From the NCBI GenBank assembly GCA_963809895.1, contig CAWELD010000003.1:576001-640000 (forward strand): 64,000 nt of DNA. Direction: 5' to 3'. Below are positions 44,203 through 55,385 of this stretch, in pieces (position 1 is the first letter of the stretch; the number at the start of each line of letters is the position of its first letter). The notes below the pieces were generated by a model. The model was not told the DNA's origin, searched no databases, and saw nothing but the letters and a program-made list of their open reading frames with translations. Made by a program: the position numbers and the translations under genes. The DNA comes from an uncultured Gemmatimonadales bacterium (GTDB lineage: Bacteria; Gemmatimonadota; Gemmatimonadetes; Longimicrobiales; Gaopeijiaceae).

Positions 44203-45399
44203 ATGGCCTTTTCTTCTCGAACGCTCAGCATCACCACCGTCGTGGTCATCCTCGGCGCCGTGGGCGCCGGCGTCTGGTGGCGTCTCCGCCCCGAAGATGA
44301 CGCCGCAGGCGAGGCCCAGGCCTCCGAAGCCGATACCTCCGCCGTGCAGGTGGCGTCCGCGGGAACTCAGTTCTCCACCGATCTGCCCCAGCCCGTGACC
44401 GGCGCCGCCGTGGTGCGGGACACCCTGTGGATCACCGTGAACGCCGCGGGCAAGGCGGCCGCGTTCCGCCGAACCGCCGTGGCCGCGCAGGTGGAAGGGG
44501 TCATTCAGGAGGTGCCCGTGCAGGAGAACGGCCGCGTGGCCGAAGGTGATCTCCTCGTGCAGATCGACACGGCCGAGCTCGCGCTGAGCGTCGCCCAGGC
44601 CCGGGCGGAGCTTCTCAAGGCCCAGGCCGACTTCCAGACGCAGACGCTCTTCGACGACGAGATCACCGATCCGGCGGTCAAGCAGCGGCGCGAGCAGGCC
44701 GCCCGCGTGAGCAGTGGGCTCTCGGCGGCCGAGGTGGCGCTCCGCCAGCAGGAGATGCGCCTGGAACGGGCGTCGGTGGAGGCGCCCTTCGAGGGTCGCA
44801 TCGCCGACGTCAAGGTCGTGCAGGGACAGCACGTCACCGCCGGCACCGAGCTCCTGACCGTGGTGGATCTGGACCCGATCAAGGTCGAGGTGTCGGTGCT
44901 GGAGGCCGAGCTGGGTTACCTGACCGAGGGCCGCCGGGCCACCGTGACCTTCGCCGCCTTCCCGGGCGAGGCCTTCAGCGGGCGCATCGAGACCATCAAC
45001 CCGGTGGTGGATCCCGACCAGCGCACGGGGCGCGTGACGGTGCTGCTGCCCAACCACGACGGCCGTATCAAGCCGGGCATGTACGCCGACGTGTCGCTGG
45101 ACGCCCAGAGCTATCCGGACCGGCTGCTGGTCCCGCGTTCGGCGATCCTGGAGCGGGGCGACGAGAACCGCACCATGCTCTTCGTCTTCGAGGGCGACGG
45201 CGACACGGGGCTGGCCAAGTGGCGCTACGTGACCACCGGCAAGGAGAACGACAGCCTGGTGGAGATCGTGCCCAGCGACGAGGGCACCGTGGAGCCCGGC
45301 GAGATCGTGCTGGTGGACGGCCACCACTACCTGGCCCACGACACCAAGATCCGTCTCGTGGACAACCCGGCGGTGGCGGGCGGGAGGCCCAGCCGATGA
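44203..45399 (+). CDS. RND efflux periplasmic adaptor subunit
   Basis: N-terminal TM; lipoyl halves (VEGVIQEV..V.EGDLLVQID; APFEGRI); alpha hairpin; KPGMYA. Confidence 0.92.
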   Translation: MAFSSRTLSITTVVVILGAVGAGVWWRLRPEDDAAGEAQASEADTSAVQVASAGTQFSTDLPQPVTGAAVVRDTLWITVNAAGKAAAFRRTAVAAQVEGVIQEVPVQENGRVAEGDLLVQIDTAELALSVAQARAELLKAQADFQTQTLFDDEITDPAVKQRREQAARVSSGLSAAEVALRQQEMRLERASVEAPFEGRIADVKVVQGQHVTAGTELLTVVDLDPIKVEVSVLEAELGYLTEGRRATVTFAAFPGEAFSGRIETINPVVDPDQRTGRVTVLLPNHDGRIKPGMYADVSLDAQSYPDRLLVPRSAILERGDENRTMLFVFEGDGDTGLAKWRYVTTGKENDSLVEIVPSDEGTVEPGEIVLVDGHHYLAHDTKIRLVDNPAVAGGRPSR

Positions 45400-46800
45400 A
45401 CGGCCGGCGGCGGGTGGCTTCGGTGATGGGGATGGCCCTTCTGGGGCTGGCGGCGGGCGGGCCCCTCGGCGCCCAGGAGTCCACGGACACGGTCGCCCTC
45501 AGCCTGGACGACGCGATCCGCATCGCCGAGGGGGCCAACCCTACGTTTCGGCAGGCGGCCAACCAGCTCGACCTGAACGGATCCGCAGGCCCGGGCGACC
45601 TGGCTGGGGCAGATCGTCCCGCAGGCGAGCGTCTCTCTGCTGAACACGAGCTACAGCGGGCGGCTCACTCGTATCGGGACGGACTTCTACGGGAACCCGA
45701 TCCCGAATCCGGAAGCGAGCTGGCGATACGATTCGAGGACCCAGAACGGTCTATCTCTGAGTTGGAACATCCAGGGCAAGGATCTGATCACGGCGCACCG
45801 GCAGCTCGACCAGTCGCGCGAGAGCCGGTCGCTCCAGGTCTCCAGTGCGGCCAACACCCTGCACAGCGACGTTCGGCGCCAGTACTTCGCCGCGCTGCGC
45901 CAGCGGGTGCTCCTGGACGTGGAACAGGAGCTCGTCGAGTCGCGAGTCACCGACCTGGAGTCGGCGCGCCGCCTCTTCGAGCTGGCTCGCCAGACCCGGG
46001 TGGACGTGCTCAACGCCGAGGTGCAGGTGGAGCAGCAGCGCATCAACATCCAGGCGCAGCGGCGGGCCTACCAGCAGGCGCTCCTCCAGCTCCGTACGAC
46101 GCTCGGAGACACCGAGCTGGGGCCTTTCCGCCTTCAGGACACCGAGCCGGGCGTGTTCGACCCCTCGGGCCTCGACGACGAGGACATGGTGGCCCGGGCG
46201 CTGCGCGAAAGCCCCCGCATCCGCACCTCGCAGTCGAACGTGGACGGCGCCCGGCTGTCGCTGGACGACGCCTCGAATTGGAAGTGGCCCCAGCTGCAGA
46301 TGAGGTACGACCTGACCCGCTACGTGCAGGACCGGAACGCCGATGCGGTCTTCGACGTGGGCTACGACTCGCAGCAGATGCAGAGCAGCTTCAGCATCGG
46401 GGTGTCGCTCCCCTTCTTCAACAACTACTTCCAGAACAGCTACCAGGAGGCCCAGGCCTCGGTGCAGCTCGAGAACGAGCGCGAGAACCTCAAGCAGACC
46501 CGACTGGAGGTGGAGCGCACCGTGCGGGAGGCGCTCATCAACCTGAGGAACCAGTACGAGAGCTACCGGGTGGCGGCGCGCTCGCAGGATATCGCCCAGC
46601 AGGCCACCGAGCTGGCCCGGGAAGAATACCGGCTGGGCTCGCGCACCTTCGAGCAGCTCCAGCAGACGGTGGCCCAGGAGGCCACGGCGCGGCGCACCAC
46701 CATCGATGCCCGCTTCTCGTTCCTCGACGCGCTGGTGTCGCTGGAAGCCGCGGTGGGCGGACCTGTAGCCGCCGGCGGAGCGGCGGGGCAGGGGAGCTGA
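45396..46800 (+). CDS. TolC-family outer membrane channel (one +1 frameshift near 45581; ~467 aa if corrected)
   Basis: Signal peptide and LSLDDAIRIA in the frame of 45396, continuing as PQARATWLGQ... in the frame of ORF 45907..46800 (ARRLFELA..TRVDVL; AREEYRLG). Confidence 0.8.
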
Positions 46801-46801
46801 C

Positions 46802-49800
46802 ATGTCCATCCCCCGCACCTCCACCCGGAGGCCCGTGGCGGTGGCCATGCTCTTCCTGGCGGTCATCCTGCTGGGGGGCATCGCCTACGTACGGCTCCCC
46901 ATCGACCTGCTGCCCGACGTGAGCTACCCGCGACTGGTCATCTACACTTCGTATCCCGACGTGGCGCCGGCCGAGATCGAGCGCATCGTCACGCAGCGGG
47001 TGGAGGCCGAGGCGGCGGGGGTGGCCGGCGTGGAGCAGGTGAGCTCCATCTCCCGCGAGGGCGTGAGCCTGGTGACGCTCCGCTTCGCGTGGGGCACGGA
47101 CATGGACTTCGCCATGCTCAACGTGCGGGAGAAGCTGGACAACCTGCGCGATCAGCTGCCGGAGACCGCGACCCGGCCCAGGATCCTGCGGGTGGATCCC
47201 GAGTCGGAGCCCATAATGGCGCTCAGCGTCGCCGGCGGGTCCGACCTGTGGCAGACCAAGGAGCTGGCCGAGACGGTCTTCCGCCGCCGTCTGGAGCAGT
47301 TGGACGGCGTGGCCCAGGCGGCGGTGACCGGTGGGCTGGACCGGGAGATCCAGGTGGAGGTGGATCCCAACCTCCTGCACGCCTACGACCTCACCCTGGC
47401 CCAGGTCTCGCAGGCGCTGGCGCAGGCCAACGTGAGCGCGCCCGGCGGCACCATCCTCCAGGGGCGCTACCGCTATCCCCTGCGCACGCTGGGCGAGTTC
47501 CAGAACGTCGACGAGATCGCCGACGTGGTGGTGGCCCGCCAGGCCGCCGGCGGCAGCGGCGGTGGTCAGCCCGATCCCGACAACCCGGGATTCCGCCTGA
47601 TCCGCCTGCGGGACATCGGGCAGGTGGTGGACGGGTTTGCCGAGCGGGAGTCCATCGCCCTCTACAACGGCGTGGAAGCCGTGGGCATCCTGGTCTTCAA
47701 GGAGTCCGGCGCCAACACGGTGACCGTGGCGAACTCCGTGTCCGACGTCCTGGACCAGCTCCGGCAGGAATATCCGGCGGTGCAGGTGGACGTGGCGTAC
47801 AGCCAGGCGGGCTTCATCTCCGAGTCCATCAGCAACGTGGTGCAGGCGCTGGTCTTCGGAGGCATCCTCGCCTTTCTGGTGCTCTTCTTCTTCCTGCGCG
47901 ACCCGCGCTATCCCTTCGCCATCGCGGCGGCGATCCCCATCTCGGTGGTGGGCACCTTCGCCCTCATGGAGGCGTCGGGCGTCTCGCTCAACATCATGAG
48001 CCTGGGCGGCCTGGCCCTGGGCGTCGGGATGCTGGTGGACAACTCCATCGTGGTGCTCGAGAACATCTTCCGGCACCGGGAGCTGGGTAAGTCCGGGATG
48101 GAGGCTGCGGCGTTGGGCGCCGAAGAGGTGCAGGGCGCCATCACGGCCTCGACCCTCACGACCATCTCGGTGTTCGGACCCATCATCTACGTGGAGGGCG
48201 TGGCCGGGGAGCTCTTCGGCGACCTGTCGCTGGCGGTGGCCTACTCGCTCATCGCTTCGCTGCTGGTGGCGCTGACCCTGCTGCCGGCCCTGGCGGCGCG
48301 CTTCGCCACGGGGCACGAGGTGCCGGTGACGGACGACACGCCGGCCGCCGAGCCGGGCCCTGGTCGCCTGCGCAAGATCGGCCGCGGCGCCCGTTGGGTG
48401 GTGCTGGCGCCCTTCCGCGGCCTGGCCTGGCTCGGCCGCCTCGCCAAGGAGCTGGTGGTCTTCTGGGGATCCGGCATCGGCCGGGGCATCGGACGCGTGT
48501 CTCGACCCTTCCTGGACGCCTTCGACCGGGTCTTCGCCCGCTTCGCCGAGCGCTACCACACGGCGCTGGAGTGGTCGCTGGATCATCGCTCCCGCGTGTT
48601 GGGCATTTCGGGGCTCGCCCTGGCCGTGTCCCTCCTCCTTGCGCTGGAGCTGCCTCGCGACCTGCTGCCCGCCGTGGACCAGGGCGGCTTCGACGTGCAG
48701 CTCATCCTGCAGGAAGGCACGGGGCTCGAGGCCACGCAGGAGGCGGCCCGGACCGTGGAGTCGACGCTGCTGGCCGACGAGGGCGTGGACGCGGTCTTCG
48801 GCCGGGTGGGGCGCGACGCCCGGGCCTACGCCGAGGGGCAGGAGGAGACGGGGCTCAACACGGCCCACTTCCAGGTGCGGCTCAAGGAGCACGCTCACAC
48901 CGAAGACGTCCTCGACCGGGTGCGCTCGCTCCAGGCGCAGTTCCCCCCGGGGGCACTGTCCTTCCAGGCCGGTCAGGCCACGGCGCTGGGGACCATCCTG
49001 GGCGGCTCCGACGCCGACGTGTCGGTGCGCATCCGGGGCGAGAGCCTGGACACCATGCTGACCCGAGCCGAGGCGGTGCGGGCGCGGCTCGCCGCGCTGC
49101 CCATGCTCGGCAACGTGCGGGTCGGCACCGAAGAGGGCACGCCCCAGGTGCAGGTGGAGATTCTCCGCACCCGCGCTGCGCAATACGGCATCGAGCCACG
49201 GACGGTGGCCGAGGTCGTGGATCGGGCGCTCCGGGGCGAGCGCGCCACCGACTTCGTGGACTTCGACCGCAAGATCGGGGTGGTGGTGAGCTATCCCAGG
49301 GACCAGCGCTACGCCCGCGCGACGCTGGAGGGGCTGCGGGTGAACGGGGTGCCCATCCGGGAGCTGGTGGAGATCCGTGACGCGCTGGGCCCGGCCGAGG
49401 TGCGACGCGAAGACCAGGGGCGGGTGATCCCGGTCTACGCTGACGTGCTGGAGGGGGGGCTGGATCAGGCCATCGACGCCATCCGCGCGTCGTTGGTGGA
49501 CTTCCCGCCGACCCGCTCGCTGCGCATGGACGTGGGCGGGGAGAACGAGGAGATGCGCCGCTCCTTCCGGGACCTGTCCTTCGCCTTCGGTCTGGCGCTC
49601 ATCCTGGTCTACATGATCCTGGCGGCCCAGTTCGAGTCCTTCGTGCACCCCTTCACGATCCTGACGGCGGTACCGCTGGCGCTGGTGGGCGCCGTGCTGG
49701 CGCTGGAAGTCACCGGCGAAGGCCTCAACACCATGAGCCTCATCGGCGTGGTGATCCTGGTGGGGATCGTGGTGAACGACGCCATCGTCAAGGTCGACTT

Positions 49801-50125
49801 CATCAACCAGGCGCGGGCCGCCGGCATGGGGCTCCGCGACGCCATTCTCGAGGCGGGACGGGTGCGCCTGAGGCCCATCATCATGACCACGGTGACCACG
49901 GTGCTGGGCCTGTTCCCCATGGCGCTGGGCATCGGCCGCGGCGCCGACCTGCGGGCGCCGCTGGCCATCGCCGTCATCGGCGGGCTGTCCGTGGCTACGC
50001 TGCTCACGCTCATCGTGGTGCCGGTGGTCTACGCCGTGGTGGAGGATGTGCGGTTGCGCATCCGCGGTGAAGCACCGGCGAGCACCTCGGCGGGCGGCGC
50101 CCTCGCCCCCGGCGCGGCCGACTAG
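46802..50125 (+). CDS. RND efflux permease (AcrB/MdtB-like), subunit 1
   Basis: RRPVAV, LPIDLLP, GMLVDNSIVVLENI, LAAQFES, RLRPIIMTT. Confidence 0.95.
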   Translation: MSIPRTSTRRPVAVAMLFLAVILLGGIAYVRLPIDLLPDVSYPRLVIYTSYPDVAPAEIERIVTQRVEAEAAGVAGVEQVSSISREGVSLVTLRFAWGTDMDFAMLNVREKLDNLRDQLPETATRPRILRVDPESEPIMALSVAGGSDLWQTKELAETVFRRRLEQLDGVAQAAVTGGLDREIQVEVDPNLLHAYDLTLAQVSQALAQANVSAPGGTILQGRYRYPLRTLGEFQNVDEIADVVVARQAAGGSGGGQPDPDNPGFRLIRLRDIGQVVDGFAERESIALYNGVEAVGILVFKESGANTVTVANSVSDVLDQLRQEYPAVQVDVAYSQAGFISESISNVVQALVFGGILAFLVLFFFLRDPRYPFAIAAAIPISVVGTFALMEASGVSLNIMSLGGLALGVGMLVDNSIVVLENIFRHRELGKSGMEAAALGAEEVQGAITASTLTTISVFGPIIYVEGVAGELFGDLSLAVAYSLIASLLVALTLLPALAARFATGHEVPVTDDTPAAEPGPGRLRKIGRGARWVVLAPFRGLAWLGRLAKELVVFWGSGIGRGIGRVSRPFLDAFDRVFARFAERYHTALEWSLDHRSRVLGISGLALAVSLLLALELPRDLLPAVDQGGFDVQLILQEGTGLEATQEAARTVESTLLADEGVDAVFGRVGRDARAYAEGQEETGLNTAHFQVRLKEHAHTEDVLDRVRSLQAQFPPGALSFQAGQATALGTILGGSDADVSVRIRGESLDTMLTRAEAVRARLAALPMLGNVRVGTEEGTPQVQVEILRTRAAQYGIEPRTVAEVVDRALRGERATDFVDFDRKIGVVVSYPRDQRYARATLEGLRVNGVPIRELVEIRDALGPAEVRREDQGRVIPVYADVLEGGLDQAIDAIRASLVDFPPTRSLRMDVGGENEEMRRSFRDLSFAFGLALILVYMILAAQFESFVHPFTILTAVPLALVGAVLALEVTGEGLNTMSLIGVVILVGIVVNDAIVKVDFINQARAAGMGLRDAILEAGRVRLRPIIMTTVTTVLGLFPMALGIGRGADLRAPLAIAVIGGLSVATLLTLIVVPVVYAVVEDVRLRIRGEAPASTSAGGALAPGAAD

Positions 50126-50134
50126 GAGGTCGTC

Positions 50135-53100
50135 ATGGTCAAGCTCAGCATCCGGCGTCCGGTGGCGGTGGCCATGACCTACATGGCCTTCACCCTCCTG
50201 GGCGTGTTCGCCTGGCGCAACATCCCCATCGAGCTGCTGCCCGAGACCCAGCTGCCGCGGCTGACCGTGACCGCGAGTTGGCCCGGCACGTCGCCGGAGA
50301 CGGTGGAGGCGTTCCTGACCTCGCCGCTGGAATCCACCATCAGTCAGTCGCAAGGGGTGGAGAAGATCATCTCCGACTCCCGCGAGGGGACCACCAGCAT
50401 CCAGGTGGAGTTCAGCCGGGACGTCGACATGGACTTCGTGCGCCTGGACCTGTCGGAGCGCTTGTCGGCGTTGGAGGACGATCTCCCGCCAGAGGTGCGC
50501 GCGGTCACCGTGACGCCCTACGTCCCCGACGAGTTCCAGGACCAGAACCGGCCCTTCCTGCTGTACACCTTTACCGGTCCCTACACCCTGGAGGCGCTGC
50601 ACAAGCATCTGGAAGACGTCGTGGTGCCCGACCTCAACCAGATCGAGGGTGTGGCGGTGGCCCGGGCGTCGGGGGGCCGGGAGCGGCGCCTGGAGATCCG
50701 GGTGGACGACGAGAAGGCACGCTCGTTGGGACTGGACCCGGTGCGGGTGAGCGCCGCCATCGGGGCGCTGGATCTGGTGCGCGAGGCGGGTGTGGTGCGC
50801 GAGGGTGATGCCGAGCGCACGGTCACGATCGTCAACCGGCCCCAGTCCGCCGACGACGTGCGCCGGGCCATCCTCACCACCGTCAACGGCACCGTGGTGC
50901 GGGTACAGGACGTGGCCAGCGTCCACGACACCTACGAGGAGGCCCGCCAACTGGAGCGCATCAACGGCCAGCCGGCGGTGACGCTCACCCTCCTGAAGGA
51001 GCCTGGCACCAACACGGTGCGTGTGGCCGATGCCGTGAAGGCGCGCATGGCCCAGCTCGAGCGGCTGAACCCCTACGGATCGCGCTTCATCCTCAACGAG
51101 CAGAACGACGCCAGCCGGGAGATCCACCGCCAGCTCACCGACCTGCGCTCCCGGGCGGCCATCGCCGCCGTGGTGATCTTCGTGGTGCTGCTGGTCTTCC
51201 TGCGCTCCTTCCGCTCCGCGGGACTCATCTTCGCCACCATCGCCTTCTCGGTGTTGATCTCGCTGAACCTGATCTACTTCGGCGGGTTGACGCTCAACCT
51301 GCTCACGCTCATGGGTCTGGCCATGGGCTTCGGGCTCATCGTGGACAACTCCATCGTGGTGCTGGAGAACATCTACCGGCGATGGCAGCGCGGTGAAGAC
51401 CCGTCGGAGGCCTCGGAGCACGGCGCCAAGGAGGTGGTGCTGCCGATCCTGGCCTCCACGGCCACGACGCTCATCGTCTTCGTGCCCTTCGTGTATCTGC
51501 AGGGCGAGCTGCGGGTCTTCTACGTGCCGCTGGCCATCGTGGTGGGGCTCACGCTGCTGGCGTCGCTCTTCGTGGCCTTCACCTTCATCCCGGCGCTGGC
51601 CACGCGCGTACTGTCCTTTGGCCGGCGTAGGGGGACCGCCCCGGTGGTGGCGCTGGGCGACGACGTGGGCGCAGGCGCGCTGGCGACGGCGTCCGGCGGG
51701 GGTGAGGGCGCCTATCGCCGGGCCCCGCTCTACGTGCGCTTCTACGAGGGTCTGGTGGGATTCACCGTCCGCTACCCCTGGGTGTCCGTGGCGGTGACCG
51801 CCCTGTGCTTCGCGGGCTCCTGGCACCTCTTCGACAAGTACGTCACGCGGGGCCGGGTGTGGGGCGGGGGCTTCGGGGGCGATACCTACATCTCGGTGCT
51901 CATCTCGTTGCCGCGGGGCTCCAACCTGGAGCGTACGGATCAGCTCGTGACCTTCTTCGAGAACAAGCTGAAGGAGCTGCCCCAGGTCGAGGAATTCGAC
52001 TCGAGAGTATCGGAGACCAACGGCTCGATCCGGGTGACCTTTCCCGACTCGCTGGAGCTCACCGCGGTGCCGGTGGCCATCAAGGAGCAGATGGTGGCCT
52101 ACAGCCACACCTTCACGGGGGCCGAGGTCCGCGTCTACGGCTACGGCCCGTCGTTCTACGGCGGCGGTGGTAGCCCACCCACGTACACCATCACGGTGCT
52201 GGGCTACAACTTCGACAAGGTGCGCGAGATCGCCGAAGACCTGGGGCGGCGGCTCAAGAACATCTCGCGGGTGCAGGAGGTGGACACCAACGCCTCACAG
52301 CGCTTCACCCGGGACAAGGCCACGGAGTTCGCCGTTCACGTGGACCGCACGGCTCTGGCCCGGCACGACATGACGGTGCAGGACCTGGTGGCACAGCTCG
52401 GCGCCGTCCAGAGCGGAGAGTCCCGCGGCCAGCAGATCAAGATCGGGGGCGACGAGCTGCTCTACGCCGTGAAGGTCCGGGACGTGGACGACATGGACGT
52501 GTTGGCGCTCAAGGAGACCCTCATCTCCACGCCCTCGGGCAACAGCATCCGCCTGGGTGACGTGGTGACCATCGAGCCCAACAACGTCCTGGCCACCATC
52601 CACCGGGAGAACCAGCAGTACCAGCGCAACGTGGCCTACGAGTTCCGGGGACCCAGCAAGCTGGGCGACCTTTACCGGGACGCCATCATCGACAACACGG
52701 TGCTGCCGCCGGGCTACACCATCGACACGCAGGACTACTGGCGCTGGAGCGAGGAGCAGCGGGCCCAGATCTACATGGTTCTGGGGATCTCCATCCTGCT
52801 CATCTACATGGTGACGGCGGCGCTCTTCGAGTCGCTCCGGCAACCGCTGTGCGTGCTCCTCACCGTGCCCATGGCGCTCATCGGCGTCTTCATGATGTTC
52901 TTCTACGCCCGGGCCACCTTCACCCGCGAGGCCTACATCGGCGTCATCATGATGGGGGGGATCGTGGTCAACAACGCCATCCTCCTGGTGGACCACATCA
53001 ACCGGGTGCGAGCTACCGGCCAGCACGCCTTGCCGGAGGCCATCCTCCGGGGAACGCTGGAACGGGTGCGGCCCATCCTCATGACCACGGCCACCACCGT

Positions 53101-53365
53101 GCTGGGGTTGGCCCCGCTGGTGCTCTTCAGCGAGAGCGCCGACTCCACCATCTGGAACGCCCTGGGCTTCGCCCTCATCGGCGGGCTCCTGTCGTCCACG
53201 CTCTTCGTGCTCACCACCACGCCGTCGCTCTACTATCTCTTCGAACGGGGCCCGGCGCGGCGGGCCGAGCTGCGGGCGCGGGCTTTGGCCGAGGGGACGG
53301 GTGCAGCGGCGGATGAGCCCGGATCGGTGTCGGGCGGCAGCGAGCCTTCACCTCAGCCGGCGTAG
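50135..53365 (+). CDS. RND efflux permease (AcrB/MdtC-like), subunit 2
   Basis: AGGAGG RBS; RRPVAV, GLIVDNSIVVLENI, ALFES, VVNNAILLVD, RVRPILMTT. Confidence 0.95.
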   Translation: MVKLSIRRPVAVAMTYMAFTLLGVFAWRNIPIELLPETQLPRLTVTASWPGTSPETVEAFLTSPLESTISQSQGVEKIISDSREGTTSIQVEFSRDVDMDFVRLDLSERLSALEDDLPPEVRAVTVTPYVPDEFQDQNRPFLLYTFTGPYTLEALHKHLEDVVVPDLNQIEGVAVARASGGRERRLEIRVDDEKARSLGLDPVRVSAAIGALDLVREAGVVREGDAERTVTIVNRPQSADDVRRAILTTVNGTVVRVQDVASVHDTYEEARQLERINGQPAVTLTLLKEPGTNTVRVADAVKARMAQLERLNPYGSRFILNEQNDASREIHRQLTDLRSRAAIAAVVIFVVLLVFLRSFRSAGLIFATIAFSVLISLNLIYFGGLTLNLLTLMGLAMGFGLIVDNSIVVLENIYRRWQRGEDPSEASEHGAKEVVLPILASTATTLIVFVPFVYLQGELRVFYVPLAIVVGLTLLASLFVAFTFIPALATRVLSFGRRRGTAPVVALGDDVGAGALATASGGGEGAYRRAPLYVRFYEGLVGFTVRYPWVSVAVTALCFAGSWHLFDKYVTRGRVWGGGFGGDTYISVLISLPRGSNLERTDQLVTFFENKLKELPQVEEFDSRVSETNGSIRVTFPDSLELTAVPVAIKEQMVAYSHTFTGAEVRVYGYGPSFYGGGGSPPTYTITVLGYNFDKVREIAEDLGRRLKNISRVQEVDTNASQRFTRDKATEFAVHVDRTALARHDMTVQDLVAQLGAVQSGESRGQQIKIGGDELLYAVKVRDVDDMDVLALKETLISTPSGNSIRLGDVVTIEPNNVLATIHRENQQYQRNVAYEFRGPSKLGDLYRDAIIDNTVLPPGYTIDTQDYWRWSEEQRAQIYMVLGISILLIYMVTAALFESLRQPLCVLLTVPMALIGVFMMFFYARATFTREAYIGVIMMGGIVVNNAILLVDHINRVRATGQHALPEAILRGTLERVRPILMTTATTVLGLAPLVLFSESADSTIWNALGFALIGGLLSSTLFVLTTTPSLYYLFERGPARRAELRARALAEGTGAAADEPGSVSGGSEPSPQPA

Positions 53366-53631
53366 CCGGTCCGGCCGGACCCCTCACCCCAGCCGGCGTA
53401 GCGGTCCATCCAGGCCGGCGGGTGCGCTGGCGCGGCAAAGGAAGACGTTGAGGTTGTGGGGCATCGCCCCACTTCCGTGTCCTCCACATTCCCGCACTGG
53501 AGGCCGGAACTCTCCCCCTATCTGCCGGGACCCGCGAAGGCGTAACTAAAGCTCCTGGGGGCCGGAGCGCGCGGCTGCCGGCCCGTCCCTCCCTCGGAGC
53601 GGGCTCCTGGCGAGCCCCTCAGGAGCGGGCC

Positions 53632-55314
53632 ATGAGCACTGTCGCCGGCGCCCACGCGGGCCTGGATCGGGAGACGCTGGACCTCATTCTGGCGTCCATC
53701 CAGGACTTCGCCGACCAGAACCTGCCCACCGAGCTCCTCCTGGAGCTGGACGCCACCCACACCTTTCCGGAAGACCTGGTCCGCGCCATGTGCGGCGAGT
53801 TGGGCGTGCATCTGCTCTTCATCCCCGAGGCCTACGGAGGGATGGGCGGCGGGGCCTTCGACGTCTACCGGGTGTGCGAGCTCATGGGGGCCATGGACCT
53901 GAGCATCGCCACCGGCGTCCTGGCCACCTTCCTGGGCAGCGATCCGATCCTGTGGGGCGGCACCGAGGCGCAGAAGGAGCGCTGGATGACCCGGATTGCC
54001 GAGGAAGGTCTCCTCATGGCGTACGGCGCCACCGAGCCCGAGGCCGGCAGCGACCTGGGCGCCCTGCGCACCACGGCCACCCCGGTTCCGGCCACCGCCG
54101 AGACGCCGGCGGGCTACCGCATCAACGGCGCCAAGATGTGGATCAGCAACGGCGGGTACGCCGACCTCTACAGCGTGCTGGCGATGGCCCCGGCCGGGCC
54201 GACCTGGTTCGTGGTGGAGGCCGGCAGCGAAGGGCTGTCGGCGGGCAAGCCCGAGGACAAGCACGGCATTCGCGCAAGCAATACCGCTGCCCTCGCCTTC
54301 GAAGACCTGTTCGTGCCGGCGGACCAGCTCATCGGCGACCGGGAGGGACAGGGGCTCGTGCAGGCCCAGCTCGTGTTCGGCTACACGCGGCTCATGGTGG
54401 CCGCCTTCGGCCTGGGGGCCGGCTGGGCCGCATTGGAGCGGGCGCTCACCTACTCCACCACGCGCATCCAGGCCGGCGGGCCGCTGTCCGAGAAGCAGGG
54501 CTACACGCACAAGCTCATCGTGCCCCACGCCTGCCGCCTCGAGGCAGGCCGCGCCTTCATCGAGGAGACCGCGGCCCGGATCGACGCCGGTGAGGGCAGC
54601 CTCAACACCGAGGGGGCCATCGCCAAGTACGTGGCCACCGAGGCCGGCAACGAGGCGGCCGACGCCGCCATCCAGGCACTGGGCGGCTACGGCTACACCC
54701 GGGAGTACGTGGTGGAGAAGATCCGCCGTGACGTGCGCATCACCACGATCTACGAGGGCACGTCGGAGATCATGGAAATGACCATCGCCCGGGATCGCTG
54801 GCAGGAACACCTCAAGAGCCGCGGCCGCCACTACCACGACCGGGCCGCGGAGCTGGAGGGGCTGGCCGCCACACGGCCCGAGGTGGGCGCCGAAACCGCG
54901 GCGCTGGCCCACCACGCGCTGGCCGAGGTGCTGGAGCGTGCCCGGGTGGCGCGCCTCACGCGCAACCAGCACGTCCTCTTCCGCCTGGGGGCGCTCATCG
55001 CCGCCGTGGAGAGCGCGGGCGCGCTGGCCAGGAGAGCCGCGAAGGCCCTGGCGGGCGAGCTTCCCGCCAAGGGACTGGCGCGGCTCGCTCCCGACGCGTA
55101 CGCCGCGCTCAGCCGCTGCTACGCACGGGATGCGGCGGCGCGCGTCGCCGCCGAGGGCGTGCGTTGGACCGTGGGCGGCGACGGGGTGGACGCCTCGGAG
55201 CAGGGGGCCTTCGAGGCAGGGCTGGGACTGGCGGCCATCCACCGGGCGCAGGCGGGCTTGTTGGCGGACATGGACCGGGTGGCGCGGGGACTCTACGAGC
55301 GGCTCGAGGGTTGA
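53632..55314 (+). CDS. Acyl-CoA dehydrogenase family protein with C-terminal extension
   Basis: [62 protein letters not shown], plus an extra helical C-terminal region. Confidence 0.92.
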   Translation: MSTVAGAHAGLDRETLDLILASIQDFADQNLPTELLLELDATHTFPEDLVRAMCGELGVHLLFIPEAYGGMGGGAFDVYRVCELMGAMDLSIATGVLATFLGSDPILWGGTEAQKERWMTRIAEEGLLMAYGATEPEAGSDLGALRTTATPVPATAETPAGYRINGAKMWISNGGYADLYSVLAMAPAGPTWFVVEAGSEGLSAGKPEDKHGIRASNTAALAFEDLFVPADQLIGDREGQGLVQAQLVFGYTRLMVAAFGLGAGWAALERALTYSTTRIQAGGPLSEKQGYTHKLIVPHACRLEAGRAFIEETAARIDAGEGSLNTEGAIAKYVATEAGNEAADAAIQALGGYGYTREYVVEKIRRDVRITTIYEGTSEIMEMTIARDRWQEHLKSRGRHYHDRAAELEGLAATRPEVGAETAALAHHALAEVLERARVARLTRNQHVLFRLGALIAAVESAGALARRAAKALAGELPAKGLARLAPDAYAALSRCYARDAAARVAAEGVRWTVGGDGVDASEQGAFEAGLGLAAIHRAQAGLLADMDRVARGLYERLEG

Positions 55315-55385
55315 CCTCGGGCGGCTACCACACTCCACGCCGCCGGCCGGTGCGGTCGGCGGCTCACGCAGGCAGGGAGCGGGAC

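Noticed and set aside
46538..52108. 1856-aa minus-strand ORF, and similar ones at 26035..28824 and 60913..63687
   Set aside because: Antisense to the RND permeases, valS and the PKS; Arg/His/Gly-rich composition with no motifs, as expected from GC3 bias.
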